NCBI GenBank assembly: GCA_963711835.1
Contig: CAVQFQ010000017.1
Location: 544,001 to 608,000, forward strand
Direction of reading: 5' to 3'
Origin: an uncultured delta proteobacterium
Lineage (GTDB): Bacteria > Desulfobacterota > RBG-13-43-22
Length of the DNA: 64,000 bases
Shown here one piece after another: positions 40,826 through 50,742 of this stretch. The first letter of the stretch is position 1, and each line of letters begins with the position of its first letter. The position numbers and the translations under genes are program-made. Under the pieces are notes generated by a model. The model searched no databases, had not been told where the DNA came from, and saw nothing but the letters and a program-made list of their open reading frames with translations.

Positions 40826-40927
40826 ATGGGCAGCGTAGTCAAGAAAAGAAAGAAAAAGATGCGCAAGCATAAGCATAAGAAATTAATGAAAAAGACCCGA
40901 CATCAGCGGAAAAAGAGGGGTAAATAA
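40826..40927 (+). CDS. 30S ribosomal protein bS22 (AURKAIP1/COX24 family), 33 aa
   Basis: Not in the ORF track. MGSVVKKRKKKMRKHKHKKLMKKTRHQRKKRGK, preceded by GAGGAG; matches the MGSVIKKRRKRM..KKH.KLL..TR pattern. Confidence 0.9.
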   Translation: MGSVVKKRKKKMRKHKHKKLMKKTRHQRKKRGK

Positions 40928-41022
40928 GCCCCGCCTGTCGGAAGGGCTCCAGCCTCGGTACCCTAAGCGGACCCCAACGGGTTCAGACCCAATTTTTGAG
41001 AGCCCCTTCAGGTTTGTTTCTC

Positions 41023-41054
41023 AACAGGCCATCCCTTCGGGTATGGCCTGTTTT
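41023..41054 (+). terminator. Intrinsic terminator between bS22 and thiD
   Basis: aacaggccatccc-ttcg-ggtatggcctgtt followed by T residues. Confidence 0.7.
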
Positions 41055-41070
41055 ATTCTAAGGAGGCCTT

Positions 41071-42411
41071 ATAAAAACACGAATTTTAACCATTGCCGGT
41101 TCGGATTCCGGTGGAGGTGCCGGTATCCAGGCCGACTTGAAGGTTATCTCCCTGTTGGGGGGATACGGCTCTTCGGTCATTACCGCCCTAACCGCTCAAA
41201 ATACCTTGGGAGTTCAAGGCATCTTCCCGGTACCGGTCCCTTTTGTCGAGCAGCAACTCCGGTCGGTCCTCTCGGATATCGGGGCGGATGCCGTTAAAAC
41301 CGGCATGTTGGCCCAGGCCGATATTATTGTCGCGGTCGCCCGGGCCGTCAAAAAATTTAGAATCAAGAAATTGGTTCTGGACCCGGTCATGGTTTCAGAA
41401 AGCGGCCAGGCCCTGCTGGAAGAAAAGGCCGAAGTCAGTTTAAGAGAAATGCTTTTCCCCTTGGCCGGTCTTATTACTCCTAACCTTCGGGAGGCCTCCA
41501 TCCTGACTGGAAAACCGGTCCGGACCATGGCCGAGATGAAAAAGGCCGCCAGGTTGATCAAAGAAAAGACCCCGGGAGTCGTCCTGATCAAGGGGGGTCA
41601 TCTCTTAGGGTCGGCCAGTGACCTCTGGTTCGATGGAACGCTCTTCAGGGAATTCAGCAGCCCCCGAATCCGGACTCCCAACACCCATGGCACCGGGTGC
41701 ACCTTTTCCTCGGCCATTACCACCTATTGGGGGCAGGGTTTTCCTTTAATGGAAGCGGTTGAAAAAGCCAAGACCTTCATCTCCAGGGCCATTTCCGGCA
41801 GCCAGCCCCTCGGGAAAGGCCATGGTCCGACAGATCCCTATGCCTGGTTTGAAATGGAACTGGAGCGCTTCCCGGTAATCCGTTCGCTTGAGGAGGCCTT
41901 TCAGCAACTCCAGGAAGCTAAGATCGGCCACATTATCCCGGAAGTCCAATCCAACCTCGGTTATGCCCTTCCCCTGGCCCAAAAAATGGAGGAAGTGGCC
42001 GCTTGGCCGGGACGGATCCTGCGCTTTCAAGAAACCATAGCCACCTTAGCCCCTCCAGCCTTCGGCGCATCCCGTCATGTGGCCCGTATTATCCTGACCG
42101 TCATGGCCAAGTTCCCGGAGACCCGTTCGGCCATGAATATACGCTTTTCAGAAGAGCTGCTCCGCCTGGGTTCCAAAATAGGTTTCAAAATCGCCGGCTT
42201 CGATCGTAGAAAGGAACCGCCCCGGATTAAGAACCGGGAGGGCGCCTCCCTTTCCTGGGGGGTGAGCCGGGTCTTGGAGAATACCTCTCAAGTCCCCGAT
42301 ATCATTTTTGACCGCGGGGATATCGGCAAGGAGCCCATGCTCCGGGTCCTCGGAAGAAATCCCGGGGAAGTGGTTGAAAAAATACTAAAGTTAAACAAGG
42401 AGCCGGCGTGA
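41071..42411 (+). CDS. thiD: Bifunctional HMP/HMP-P kinase - ThiN-type thiamine-phosphate synthase (ThiDN); proposed ATA start at 41071
   Basis: In-frame [20 protein letters not shown] lies upstream of the called [17 protein letters not shown]; C-terminal IPEVQSN...FGASRHVAR...SAMNIR...GKEPM (ThiN). Confidence 0.9.
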   Translation: MKTRILTIAGSDSGGGAGIQADLKVISLLGGYGSSVITALTAQNTLGVQGIFPVPVPFVEQQLRSVLSDIGADAVKTGMLAQADIIVAVARAVKKFRIKKLVLDPVMVSESGQALLEEKAEVSLREMLFPLAGLITPNLREASILTGKPVRTMAEMKKAARLIKEKTPGVVLIKGGHLLGSASDLWFDGTLFREFSSPRIRTPNTHGTGCTFSSAITTYWGQGFPLMEAVEKAKTFISRAISGSQPLGKGHGPTDPYAWFEMELERFPVIRSLEEAFQQLQEAKIGHIIPEVQSNLGYALPLAQKMEEVAAWPGRILRFQETIATLAPPAFGASRHVARIILTVMAKFPETRSAMNIRFSEELLRLGSKIGFKIAGFDRRKEPPRIKNREGASLSWGVSRVLENTSQVPDIIFDRGDIGKEPMLRVLGRNPGEVVEKILKLNKEPA

Positions 42412-43694
42412 CCCAACTCGAAGCAGCGCTTAAAGGGAACCTGACCCCCGAGATCATCGAGGTAGCCCGACAGGAAGGGCAGGAGCCTGGCAGGATCCTG
42501 GGGGGAGTGGCCAAAGGAACGATCGTAATCCCAGCCAACGCCCGCCGGAAGAAAGCGCGTCCGGTTGGTATCGGGAACGGTCTGTCTATCAAGGTGAATG
42601 CCAATATCGGCACCTCCTCGGATCAGGCCGATTTGGGACAGGAACTGGAAAAACTCCGGATTTGCGTTGAGGCCAAGGCCGATACCGTCATGGACTTGAG
42701 CACCGGCGGCGACCTCCAGGAAATTCTTGGCACCCTTATCGCCCACTCCCCTTTACCCCTGGGAACGGTTCCCATTTATCAGGCCGCAGTTGAAACGATC
42801 CGGGAACAGGGCGGGATCATCCACCTGACCGCCGAGAAACTCTTCGAGGTCATAGAAAGCCAAGCCATTTTAGGGGTGGATTTCATGACCGTCCATTCCG
42901 GGGTTACCTTGCATTCCCTGGAACGCTTAAAGAAGCAGGGCCGGATCACCGATATTGTCAGCCGTGGCGGGGCCTTTCTGGCCACCTGGATGATCTATCA
43001 CGGGAAAGAAAACCCTCTTTTTGAAGGATATGATCGTCTCCTTGAACTGGCCCGGAAGTACGATGTCACCTTGAGTTTAGGAGACGGGCTACGCCCCGGT
43101 TGCCTGGCCGATGCCACCGACCGGGCCCAGGTCCAGGAATTGATTTTCCTGGGTGAGCTTAGAAACAGGGCCTTGGAGGCGGGGGTTCAGGTCATGATCG
43201 AGGGCCCGGGCCATGTCCCCTTGAATCAGATCGAGGCCAATATCCTCTTGCAAAAACAACTTTGCCAGGGGGCTCCTTTTTACGTGCTGGGGCCCCTGGT
43301 GACCGACATTGCCGCCGGCTACGATCACATCGCCTGCGCCATCGGCGGGGCCGTGGCCGGTATGGCCGGAGCCGACTTTCTCTGTTATGTGACCCCGTCG
43401 GAACATCTCAAACTTCCGACGCCTGAGGACGTCCGCGAAGGGATCATCGCTGCCCGGATCGCGGCCCATGCCGCCGATCTGGCCCGGGGCAGCAGCCGGG
43501 CCTGGGAACAGGACCGCCAGATGGCCCTGGCTCGAAAAGCCCTGGATTGGGAAAAACAGATAGGCTTCTGCCTGGACCCGGAAAAGGCCAGACGGATGCG
43601 CTCCGAAAGCAGCCCCAGCCAAACCGATGTCTGTACCATGTGCGGGGAATTCTGCGCCATCAAGATGGTCCGGGATTTTCTGAAGCAAACCTAA
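42408..43694 (+). CDS. thiC: Phosphomethylpyrimidine synthase ThiC
   Basis: [53 protein letters not shown]. Confidence 0.9.
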   Translation: MTQLEAALKGNLTPEIIEVARQEGQEPGRILGGVAKGTIVIPANARRKKARPVGIGNGLSIKVNANIGTSSDQADLGQELEKLRICVEAKADTVMDLSTGGDLQEILGTLIAHSPLPLGTVPIYQAAVETIREQGGIIHLTAEKLFEVIESQAILGVDFMTVHSGVTLHSLERLKKQGRITDIVSRGGAFLATWMIYHGKENPLFEGYDRLLELARKYDVTLSLGDGLRPGCLADATDRAQVQELIFLGELRNRALEAGVQVMIEGPGHVPLNQIEANILLQKQLCQGAPFYVLGPLVTDIAAGYDHIACAIGGAVAGMAGADFLCYVTPSEHLKLPTPEDVREGIIAARIAAHAADLARGSSRAWEQDRQMALARKALDWEKQIGFCLDPEKARRMRSESSPSQTDVCTMCGEFCAIKMVRDFLKQT

Positions 43695-43725
43695 CAGCCT
43701 TCTTATCGGATGAAATTTCTCACCC

Positions 43726-44704
43726 ATGACCCGGCCCAACCGCAAACAAAAAATCCTGGAGATCCTCTCCGGGGGAGGATTTGTTTCCGGTGAATCCCTG
43801 GCCGGAGAACTGGGAATCACCCGGCCGGCCGTCTGGAAACATGTGCATCAGCTCAAGGAAGAGGGTTTCACCATTGAATCCCTGCCGGGCCGAGGCTATC
43901 GATTAAAAGCCGTCCCGGATATCCTCTTCCCCGATCTGATCCGCCGGGAAATCGACACCGGCCATTGGGGAAAAGAGATTCATCATTTTATCCGGACCGA
44001 TTCGACCAATATCCAGGCCCGCATCTTGGCTGCCGAAGGGGCTGCCGAGGGCACCCTGGTGGTGGCCGAATACCAGGAAAAAGGCCGGGGTCGCCTGCAG
44101 CGGAACTGGGACTCTCCTATCAGCCAAAACCTCTTATTTTCCATCCTCCTGCGTCCTCCCTGGCCCCCCCATCAGGCCTTTTACGGCACCGCCCTGGCCG
44201 CTATTTCCCTCTGCCAATCGATTGCCGAGGTCGCCGGTCTGGCCGTCGGAATTAAATGGCCGAATGATATCTATACCGGAAATAAAAAATTGGCCGGGAT
44301 TCTGACCGAATTTGCCACCGATCCGGATCGTCTGGAACACCTGATCATCGGCATCGGTCTCAATTGCCACTGGGCCCCGAAGGAATACAGCGCCCGGGGC
44401 CCAAGAGGCCACCTGCATCCGGGCGGAAACAGGCCAAAAAATTTCCCGCCTCCGGTTGCTGGCCCGTTTTTTAGACCACGGAGAAAAACTCTATGAAAAA
44501 GCCCAGGCCGAAGGGATCGGGTTGTTAAGGAAGGAATGGAACCGTTACTCCCTGACGAATAACCGCCGGGTGAAGCTGGTGACCCATCAGAGAACCTGGT
44601 CCGGGCTGGCCCAGGGCATTGATGACAACGGGGCTTTGATCCTGCTCCTGGACAACGGTCGGAAGGAAATCTTCCACACCGGCGACGTTCATCTCCGATT
44701 TTAG
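43726..44704 (+). pseudogene. birA: Biotin-protein ligase/repressor BirA, frameshifted near 44380-44420 (probably a sequence error)
   Basis: HTH (SGESLA..LGITRPAVWKH), DSTN, EYQEKGRGR and IKWPNDI. The C-terminus (GIDDNGALIL...HTGDV) is in another frame. Confidence 0.85.
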
Positions 44705-44776
44705 GCCGGGACCCTGCCGATCTTATTGGAAAAGGGCCGGGATTATAATGAGTAACCATCCAAGGAGGAAAACGCT

Positions 44777-45187
44777 ATGCCCTGGTTTGGCTCAAGGGTA
44801 CACTTAGGGGCGGCCATAGCGGCCCTTAGCCTGTTGTTCTGGTCTTCAACCGTTCTTTCTGCCGGACTGCTCGAGTCAAGTTTCGGAACCTGGGAGGGGA
44901 AAGGGCTTCAGGACGATGGATCGGCCTGGACGATTCAAATCGTTATTGACCGATCCGGAAATCACGCCGTGGCCTATCCCTCCCTCTTTTGCGGAGGAAA
45001 ACTGACTTCCATAGAAAACTCCCTGACCAGCGTTACCTTTAAAGAAAATTTGACCTATGGAGTGCATGCCTGTATCGACGAGGGGATGGTCAAACTCCAG
45101 AAAGGTCCAGCCGGAATTTTAAAATATTACTGGTTTTATCCCGATACCAACAAACTGGGCGCTTCGGGAGAATTAAAGCGCAAATGA
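44777..45187 (+). CDS. Small exported hypothetical protein
   Basis: AGGAGG RBS, signal peptide, GTWEGKG, YPSLFCGGKL...CID (two Cys). Confidence 0.7.
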   Translation: MPWFGSRVHLGAAIAALSLLFWSSTVLSAGLLESSFGTWEGKGLQDDGSAWTIQIVIDRSGNHAVAYPSLFCGGKLTSIENSLTSVTFKENLTYGVHACIDEGMVKLQKGPAGILKYYWFYPDTNKLGASGELKRK

Positions 45188-45451
45188 AGGAGTCCGCCTG
45201 GTCCCCGTATTGTTCCTATTTGTGCCGTGCGACAAGAAGTCCAAAAGATACTGCGCCCGGTGAGATGATAGAAAAAGGCCAGCCCGGACATCAGCGTCGA
45301 TGTGGCGGATGGCGGAATTATCCTGAACACCCTCCATCGGGTTTACCGGCAATATACCCAAAGGGTGGTATATGACGAATAAACTGCGGGAAACTTCTAA
45401 GCCGGACCTCTGCCCGATCAGGATTATTTTTCGGAAAAGGGAAAAGACAGC

Positions 45452-46797
45452 ATGATGCCGGCCTTGAATATCATGGTAGTGGATGATGAAGTCAACATCC
45501 GTAAGACCTTATCGGTTTGCCTGGAGACCGAAGGGCACAAGGTTATTGGAGTCAGCAATTTTCAGGATGCCCTGACGGAGAGCTGCACGCCGGTCTTTTG
45601 ATCTGGCCTTTGTCGATCTGCGTCTCGGCACCGAGGACGGCCTGGATCTGATTCCGGCCTTACTGGCTCACATCGCCCTGGCTCAAGATTATCGTCATCA
45701 CGGCCTATGCCTCCATTGATACGGCCGTGGAGGCCATGCGACGTGGCGCCACGGACTATATTCCCAAACCTTTCACCCCTACCCAGGTCAAGCTGACCGT
45801 CCAGAAAATGTTCCATATGCGCACCCTGGAGCAGAAGGTTGCCGCTTTGCAGGAAGACTTGGGACGGTCATATCCCGAGATAGAATTTGCCAGTACCAGC
45901 CCGGTCATGCAACGGGCGGTCAATCTGGCCCGGCAGGCTGCCCCATCCGAGGCCACGATTCTTCTTCGTGGAGAAAGTGGAACCGGCAAGACCGTCCTGG
46001 CCAAGGCCATTCACTCCTGGAGCAAGCGGGCGGCCAAACCCCTCGGCATCATTTCCTGTCCCTCTTTTTCCGCGGAATTGCTGGAAAGCGAACTTTTCGG
46101 GCATGTCAAGGGGGCCTTTACCGGGGCCGTTCGCGACAACCCGGGCCGGGTGGCCGCCTGCGAGGGCGGCACACTTTTTCTCGACGAGATCGGGGATTTG
46201 CCCCTGTCCCTTCAACCTAAATTGCTGCGTTTTATCCAGGAAAGGGAATATGAACGGGTCGGCGACTCTATCACTCGGAAAGCCGACGTTCGTCTGATTA
46301 CAGCCACCAACTTGGGATTTGGAAAAGGCGGTGCAAGGAAGGACGATTTCGAGAAGATCTCTTTTTTCGACTCAATGTAATTCAGATCGAAATCCCCCCC
46401 TTGCGCGAACGTCCGGATGATGTGATTGCACTTGCCGAACAATTACTGATTTTCTATGGCCGGAGCAATCATCAGGCCTTTATTGGTTTTACTCCGGAAG
46501 CCTCCAGGCCCTCAGACAATACCCCTGGCCGGGCAATGTCCGGGAATTAAGCAATGTCATCGAGCGGGCGGCCATTTTTTGCCGAACCGATCGTGTCGGT
46601 ATCGAGTGTCTTCCCTGCAAATCTCTACCCCAATGAATCCCTGCCCAACTATCGGTGATCCGGTCACCCTGGAAAAAATCGAAGAACAACACATCCGAAG
46701 AATTCTGGCCACCACCAGATCACTACAAGAAGCGGCCGACATCCTGGGTATCGATCAGGCTACCCTCTGGCGCCGCCGTAAAAAGTACGGGATCTGA
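45452..46797 (+). pseudogene. Sigma54-dependent NtrC/AlgB-like response regulator with multiple frameshifts
   Basis: MMPALNIMVVDDEVNIR from ATG 45452; FDLAFVDLRLG; ITAYASIDTAVEAM; GESGTGKT; GAFTGA; WPGNVREL-equivalent split across frames; HTH AADILGIDQATLWRRRKKYGI. Confidence 0.85.
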
Positions 46798-46801
46798 AGG
46801 T

Positions 46802-47581
46802 CTATTCAAGAATGAAACAATTTAATATATTAGCCGCTTTTTTTATAGCCCGTTTTCCCTTCAAGAGAAAGACAAAGGCCGCTACCATCGAATGAAGAGA
46901 GACCAAGGTGTAGCCCGTTGGAAGGTCGAATTGATAGGAAATGACGACCCCCAGAAGATTAATCAAGGTCCCATAGATCCAGGCAAATAAGAGATTGAAA
47001 CGGCTGACCATCATCAAAGAGACCAGGGCCGGGGCGACCAGAAGAGAAAAAACCACCAAGACGCCGGCCAGCTTTACCGAACTGGTTACCGTTACGGCAA
47101 AAAGCAAAAAAAAGCTAATGTCCTTTAGGCGATTTTTAAAAAATTTTCCGGTCAGGTAGAGGGCGATCCCTATCAAAAAGTAAATTCCGGTAGTGGTGTA
47201 AATGTCTTTCAGAGAGACAAAAAGCAAATCGCTGGCCAGCAGCCGTTGAAAATCTTCCGTTCCATGAGGAGATTTGGAGAGGATCAGAAACACGGTGGCA
47301 ATTCCAAAGGCATAGATCAGACCGATGAAGGCCTCGGAAAGCCTTTCGACCTTGGAAGCTACGGCTATGACAAAGGCCCCTAAAAAGGCAAAGAGCAGGG
47401 AGATCGGGTAATGAAATTCTCCTTCAAAAAAGAACAAAGAAACGGCGGCCCCCAGGGCGGCCATTTGCCCAATGGCCAGATCGGTAAAGATAATACCTCT
47501 CTTCAGAATCTCCATACCGAAGAAGGAATGGATGCCCACTAAAACGACTGAAAGAAGAAAAGCGGTCAGCAGTATATCCAT
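46802..47581 (-). CDS. Zn/Mn ABC-3 family permease (ZnuB-like)
   Basis: RGIIFTDLAIGQMAALG, EAFIGLIYA, VTSSVKLAGVLVVFSLLVAPA. Confidence 0.88.
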   Translation of the reverse strand: MDILLTAFLLSVVLVGIHSFFGMEILKRGIIFTDLAIGQMAALGAAVSLFFFEGEFHYPISLLFAFLGAFVIAVASKVERLSEAFIGLIYAFGIATVFLILSKSPHGTEDFQRLLASDLLFVSLKDIYTTTGIYFLIGIALYLTGKFFKNRLKDISFFLLFAVTVTSSVKLAGVLVVFSLLVAPALVSLMMVSRFNLLFAWIYGTLINLLGVVISYQFDLPTGYTLVSLHSMVAAFVFLLKGKRAIKKAANILNCFILE

Positions 47582-48477
47582 TATTGAGACAACCTCCGGA
47601 CTATTTCTTCAAAAAGGGAAAATAAATCCTTGGCCTCCGGGACCGCACCTATATCATGGGGAAGAAGGATATATTTAGCGCCCGTCTTTTCAGCCACGAA
47701 CTGGGCGCTCCTCTTTTCATGATAGACATCTTGCAGGATAAAATCCACTTTCTGCGATTTGGCCGTTTCTATCAGTTCCTCTATATGTCTTGCCGTCGGA
47801 GGAATCCCCGGTTTCGGCTCGATCGTCCCGGCCAGGGACAAATGGTAGGCTGAAAGGAAATAGTTAAAGAGCTGTGATATTGAATAACCTTTTTCCCTTT
47901 AACGACGGAAAGCTTATGATCCCATTCCCGTATTTTTCTCATCCCAATGTTTCAGGAACTCGACAATCTTATTTTCATAATGCCGGCAGTTGATTAGCGT
48001 CCAGACCGCACAGCTTATCTTTTATGGCCCTGGCCAGAATCGGGAATGTTATGGGGGTCAAGAGCGAAGTGGGGATTTCCTTCGGGATGAATGTCTCCCT
48101 CGGATCGGGAAACACTGGTGGGCACTTCGATGAGATTGACGTGTTGCGAGAGGTCTAAAAATCCCTTTGAGGTTTGGATCCTGGGATTATTGGCCTGCTG
48201 TAATGAGGATCGGTATAAATCCGATTTCCAGACCGGCCCCATTAATAATGACCAGGTCCGCTCCTCGAAGTTTGGCAATAAAAGAAGGTTTGGGAACAAT
48301 AAAATGGGGATCTTCCGTCCCTTTGCCCAGGACAAAGACTTCCACCTTATCCCCTCCTATCTTCTGGGTGAGGTCTCCTATGTAAGGATAGGTGACCACC
48401 ACTTTTATTTGGCCATAGGAGAAGGTGGTAAACGATAAACTCAATATCAAGCCAAGGAAAATTATAAATTTTTTCAT
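47581..48477 (-). pseudogene. Zn/Mn ABC substrate-binding protein (ZnuA/TroA family), frameshifted
   Basis: Fragments in different frames: KIGGDKVEV...EDPHFIVPKPS...NGAGLEIG; GDIHPEGNPHF; IEPKPGIPPTARH. Confidence 0.85.
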
Positions 48478-48489
48478 CTTCGTCCTCCA

Positions 48490-49987
48490 TTAATAAGCAT
48501 GGGCGCCGTGGGCCCCGATTGCCATTTGAAATTGTAGAAAAACCCCGGTAACCGGCTCCCGATTGGTTCCGTTAAAGAGCGAGTTGTCCTGGTTGAGTTG
48601 AAGTCTCAGGAGTGAGAATTCCGAGGGTTTAAATTCCAGCATGGCCGAAATTCTATCCAGGCCGCCGGGTAGACCTTGTTTTATGCCATCATTATAAACA
48701 TCATTTTGATTCAAAAGATCATACCTGACGCCGGTCCGCCACCTCTGTGCAAATCGATAGACCAATTGGGAATAAAAGCCCGATTGCTTTAGTTCCTTTC
48801 CAAAGATATTCAAGGATTGATTGGGATCGTCCGGGGCCGGGTCTGTCCCGACGTTTAAATTCATATACCGGTACATAAACTCGCTTTGCCAGGATACATA
48901 GCGGTAGGAATCGATAAAATATTTGGCCGTTAAGTCCAGGCCGTAAATTCTTGTATCTCCATAGGCCATCTGGGATTGGAATCATTAGTAAGGTTCTGCC
49001 TGGTCTGCCCTTGGGCATAGGACAATCCCCCCAAAAGCGAAAGACTGCCGATATCAAAAGAAGACTTGATATAGGACACCAAGAGGTTGGGTTGCTGGGC
49101 TCCGTCTTTGGCAAAGACGAGGCCATTTTTTTCCAAGCGGACGCATTGGTCCCGAAGCTGCCCGTCATTTTCTCCTTGCAGGATCTTCGGCCCCTAATAA
49201 AAGGTAAAAGGGGGTGGGGGCCAGCCAATTGATTTGAACCCCCTTTTCAACCAGCCCGTCCTCCCCAAAGAAGGCCCGATTCACCAGGGGGGCATCGGCA
49301 AAGTCCCAAACATGCTCGTGTTGAACATTCAATCTCCCGAAAGAAGACCTGAATTTACCTCCCTTGACCTGAAAACCCCAAGGCAAGGACTTTGGTTCTA
49401 AAATAGGCCTCTTCAAGTTCAACACCGCTCTCGGTAAAAGGGAATGGTGGCGGACAAATCAAAATAGGGATCAACCGGGGAATAAAGGGACAGTTCTCCA
49501 AAGTTGAGATTAAAGCCCCTATTCGGATTCGATATTCCGGAAGGGATCAATTCCGGGACCCTGAGATTTCTTAAGGTTTCATCATTTATATTTCGGCCCA
49601 CATAAGAGCCATCCACAATAAAAGAAATATCCGGAACGAATTTGCTCTGTGAAAAAGAATAGACTTCCAGAGGTTTGGGCATTTCAGAAAATTTTTTATC
49701 AATCGGGCTGGTCGGGTAAGCCATCCCCAATTCTTTGGCTTTTTATTGGTCCAACCATTTCCTTGGGGGTCGCCTGGGTCACTACGGGCTTGACCTCCTG
49801 GGCAACCTGAGTCCCTTTGGATTGCCCCTTCAAGTCATCGATCTCCTGTTGCTGCTTTTCAATGGTCTTTTGCTGATTTTGTAATAATCTCTTCCAAGGC
49901 CTTAAGCCTTGCTTCTATATCCGAGCCAAAGGATTGGTGTTGCCAGAACAAAGGGGAAAAAAGAACAAGGATCAGTATCCTTTTCAT
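48490..49987 (-). pseudogene. Outer-membrane metal-uptake porin/receptor, frameshifted
   Basis: GGAGG plus ATG 49987 and a signal peptide. Fragments FVPDISFIVDG, SPVDPYF, KGGKFRSSFGRLNVQHEHVWDFAD, PSEFSLLRLQ and C-terminal IGAHGAHAY. Confidence 0.8.
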
Positions 49988-50081
49988 GAACACCTCCATA
50001 AAGAATATCCTCGGAAAAGGAATAGACCTATCTTGTCAAAGGTCAACGATTCGAGAAGATCTTAGGAATGGACAAGAGGCG

Positions 50082-50424
50082 TTAAATGGAAGGAGGTGCT
50101 CGGGGGACTGTGAGATCTATAAAAAGATTTGGAGATTGGAATTGTCGTTTCAGGATTATTAAAATCAATACCCTGAAAAAGGGATTGAATAAGGCCGGCG
50201 TTATTATTAACTAAAAAAGGCAGGTTAACGGATAGACAAATCGGACAATCGGAATGGGAAGAGGAATCGTTATGGTGATGGTAGGGTAGGGTCAGGATGG
50301 AAATTAAGAAGAGAAGGGCCAGACCACAAGACCCGTTCCTGACCAATCGGATTGTTTTTGGAGAAAAGGTAATCACAGGTAACCTGCTTAATATAATCAA
50401 ATCTACTGATTTTTTATATAGCAT
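50082..50424 (-). CDS. DUF2946/CruR-like leader protein (TM, His-rich, CxxC, C-terminal RAPP after one frameshift)
   Basis: LALLFLISILTLPYHHHNDSSSHSDCPIC in the called frame. The +1 frame ends NLFIDLTVPRAPPSI-stop (RAPP codons 50102-50091, TAA 50084-50082). Confidence 0.7.
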
Positions 50425-50593
50425 CCTTGGTAGACTATCCGCAAGGGAGAAAATCGAGGATTAGATTCGCCTGTTCCAGGTGCCCTCGATTGGCCCAGAT
50501 CCTCTTTTATAATACATCTATTTACGCCGTCCCGGACCTTTTTATGGTCCATCACTTTTATCAGGAATAATTTTTCCAGCCGGGTCCCTGTCC

Positions 50594-50715
50594 TTGCAAA
50601 TTTCAAGGCGTTTTTTTGTTGCCTTTTGAGAAATGCAATCCTATAAGATTTTTCTTAAATAATTTTTATTAAATTACAACAAGTTACATAAATAAAAGAT
50701 GGCCCAGGGATTGCA
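50594..50715 (+). promoter_or_regulatory. Sigma54 promoter with candidate upstream activator sites for the kinase-kdp operon
   Basis: TGGCCCAGGGATTGCA at 50700-50715 (GG-N10-GC). Related inverted boxes TTGCAAATTTCAA (50594) and TTGAGAAATGCAA (50626), with an AT-rich spacer. Confidence 0.7.
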
Positions 50716-50742
50716 TTCTCTATCCTGTGGAAGGAAACAACC

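Noticed and set aside
40930-41060. TPP riboswitch upstream of thiD/thiC
   Set aside because: The consensus elements were not found on the coding strand.
42408-43694. BzaA/B/F instead of ThiC
   Set aside because: Coupling to thiDN favours ThiC; it cannot be fully excluded without an HMM comparison.
45184-45381. 63-aa ORF and an alternative frame (ASPDISVDVADGGIILNTLHRVY)
   Set aside because: It lies in the error-rich zone and no family was recognised, so it cannot be supported as a gene.
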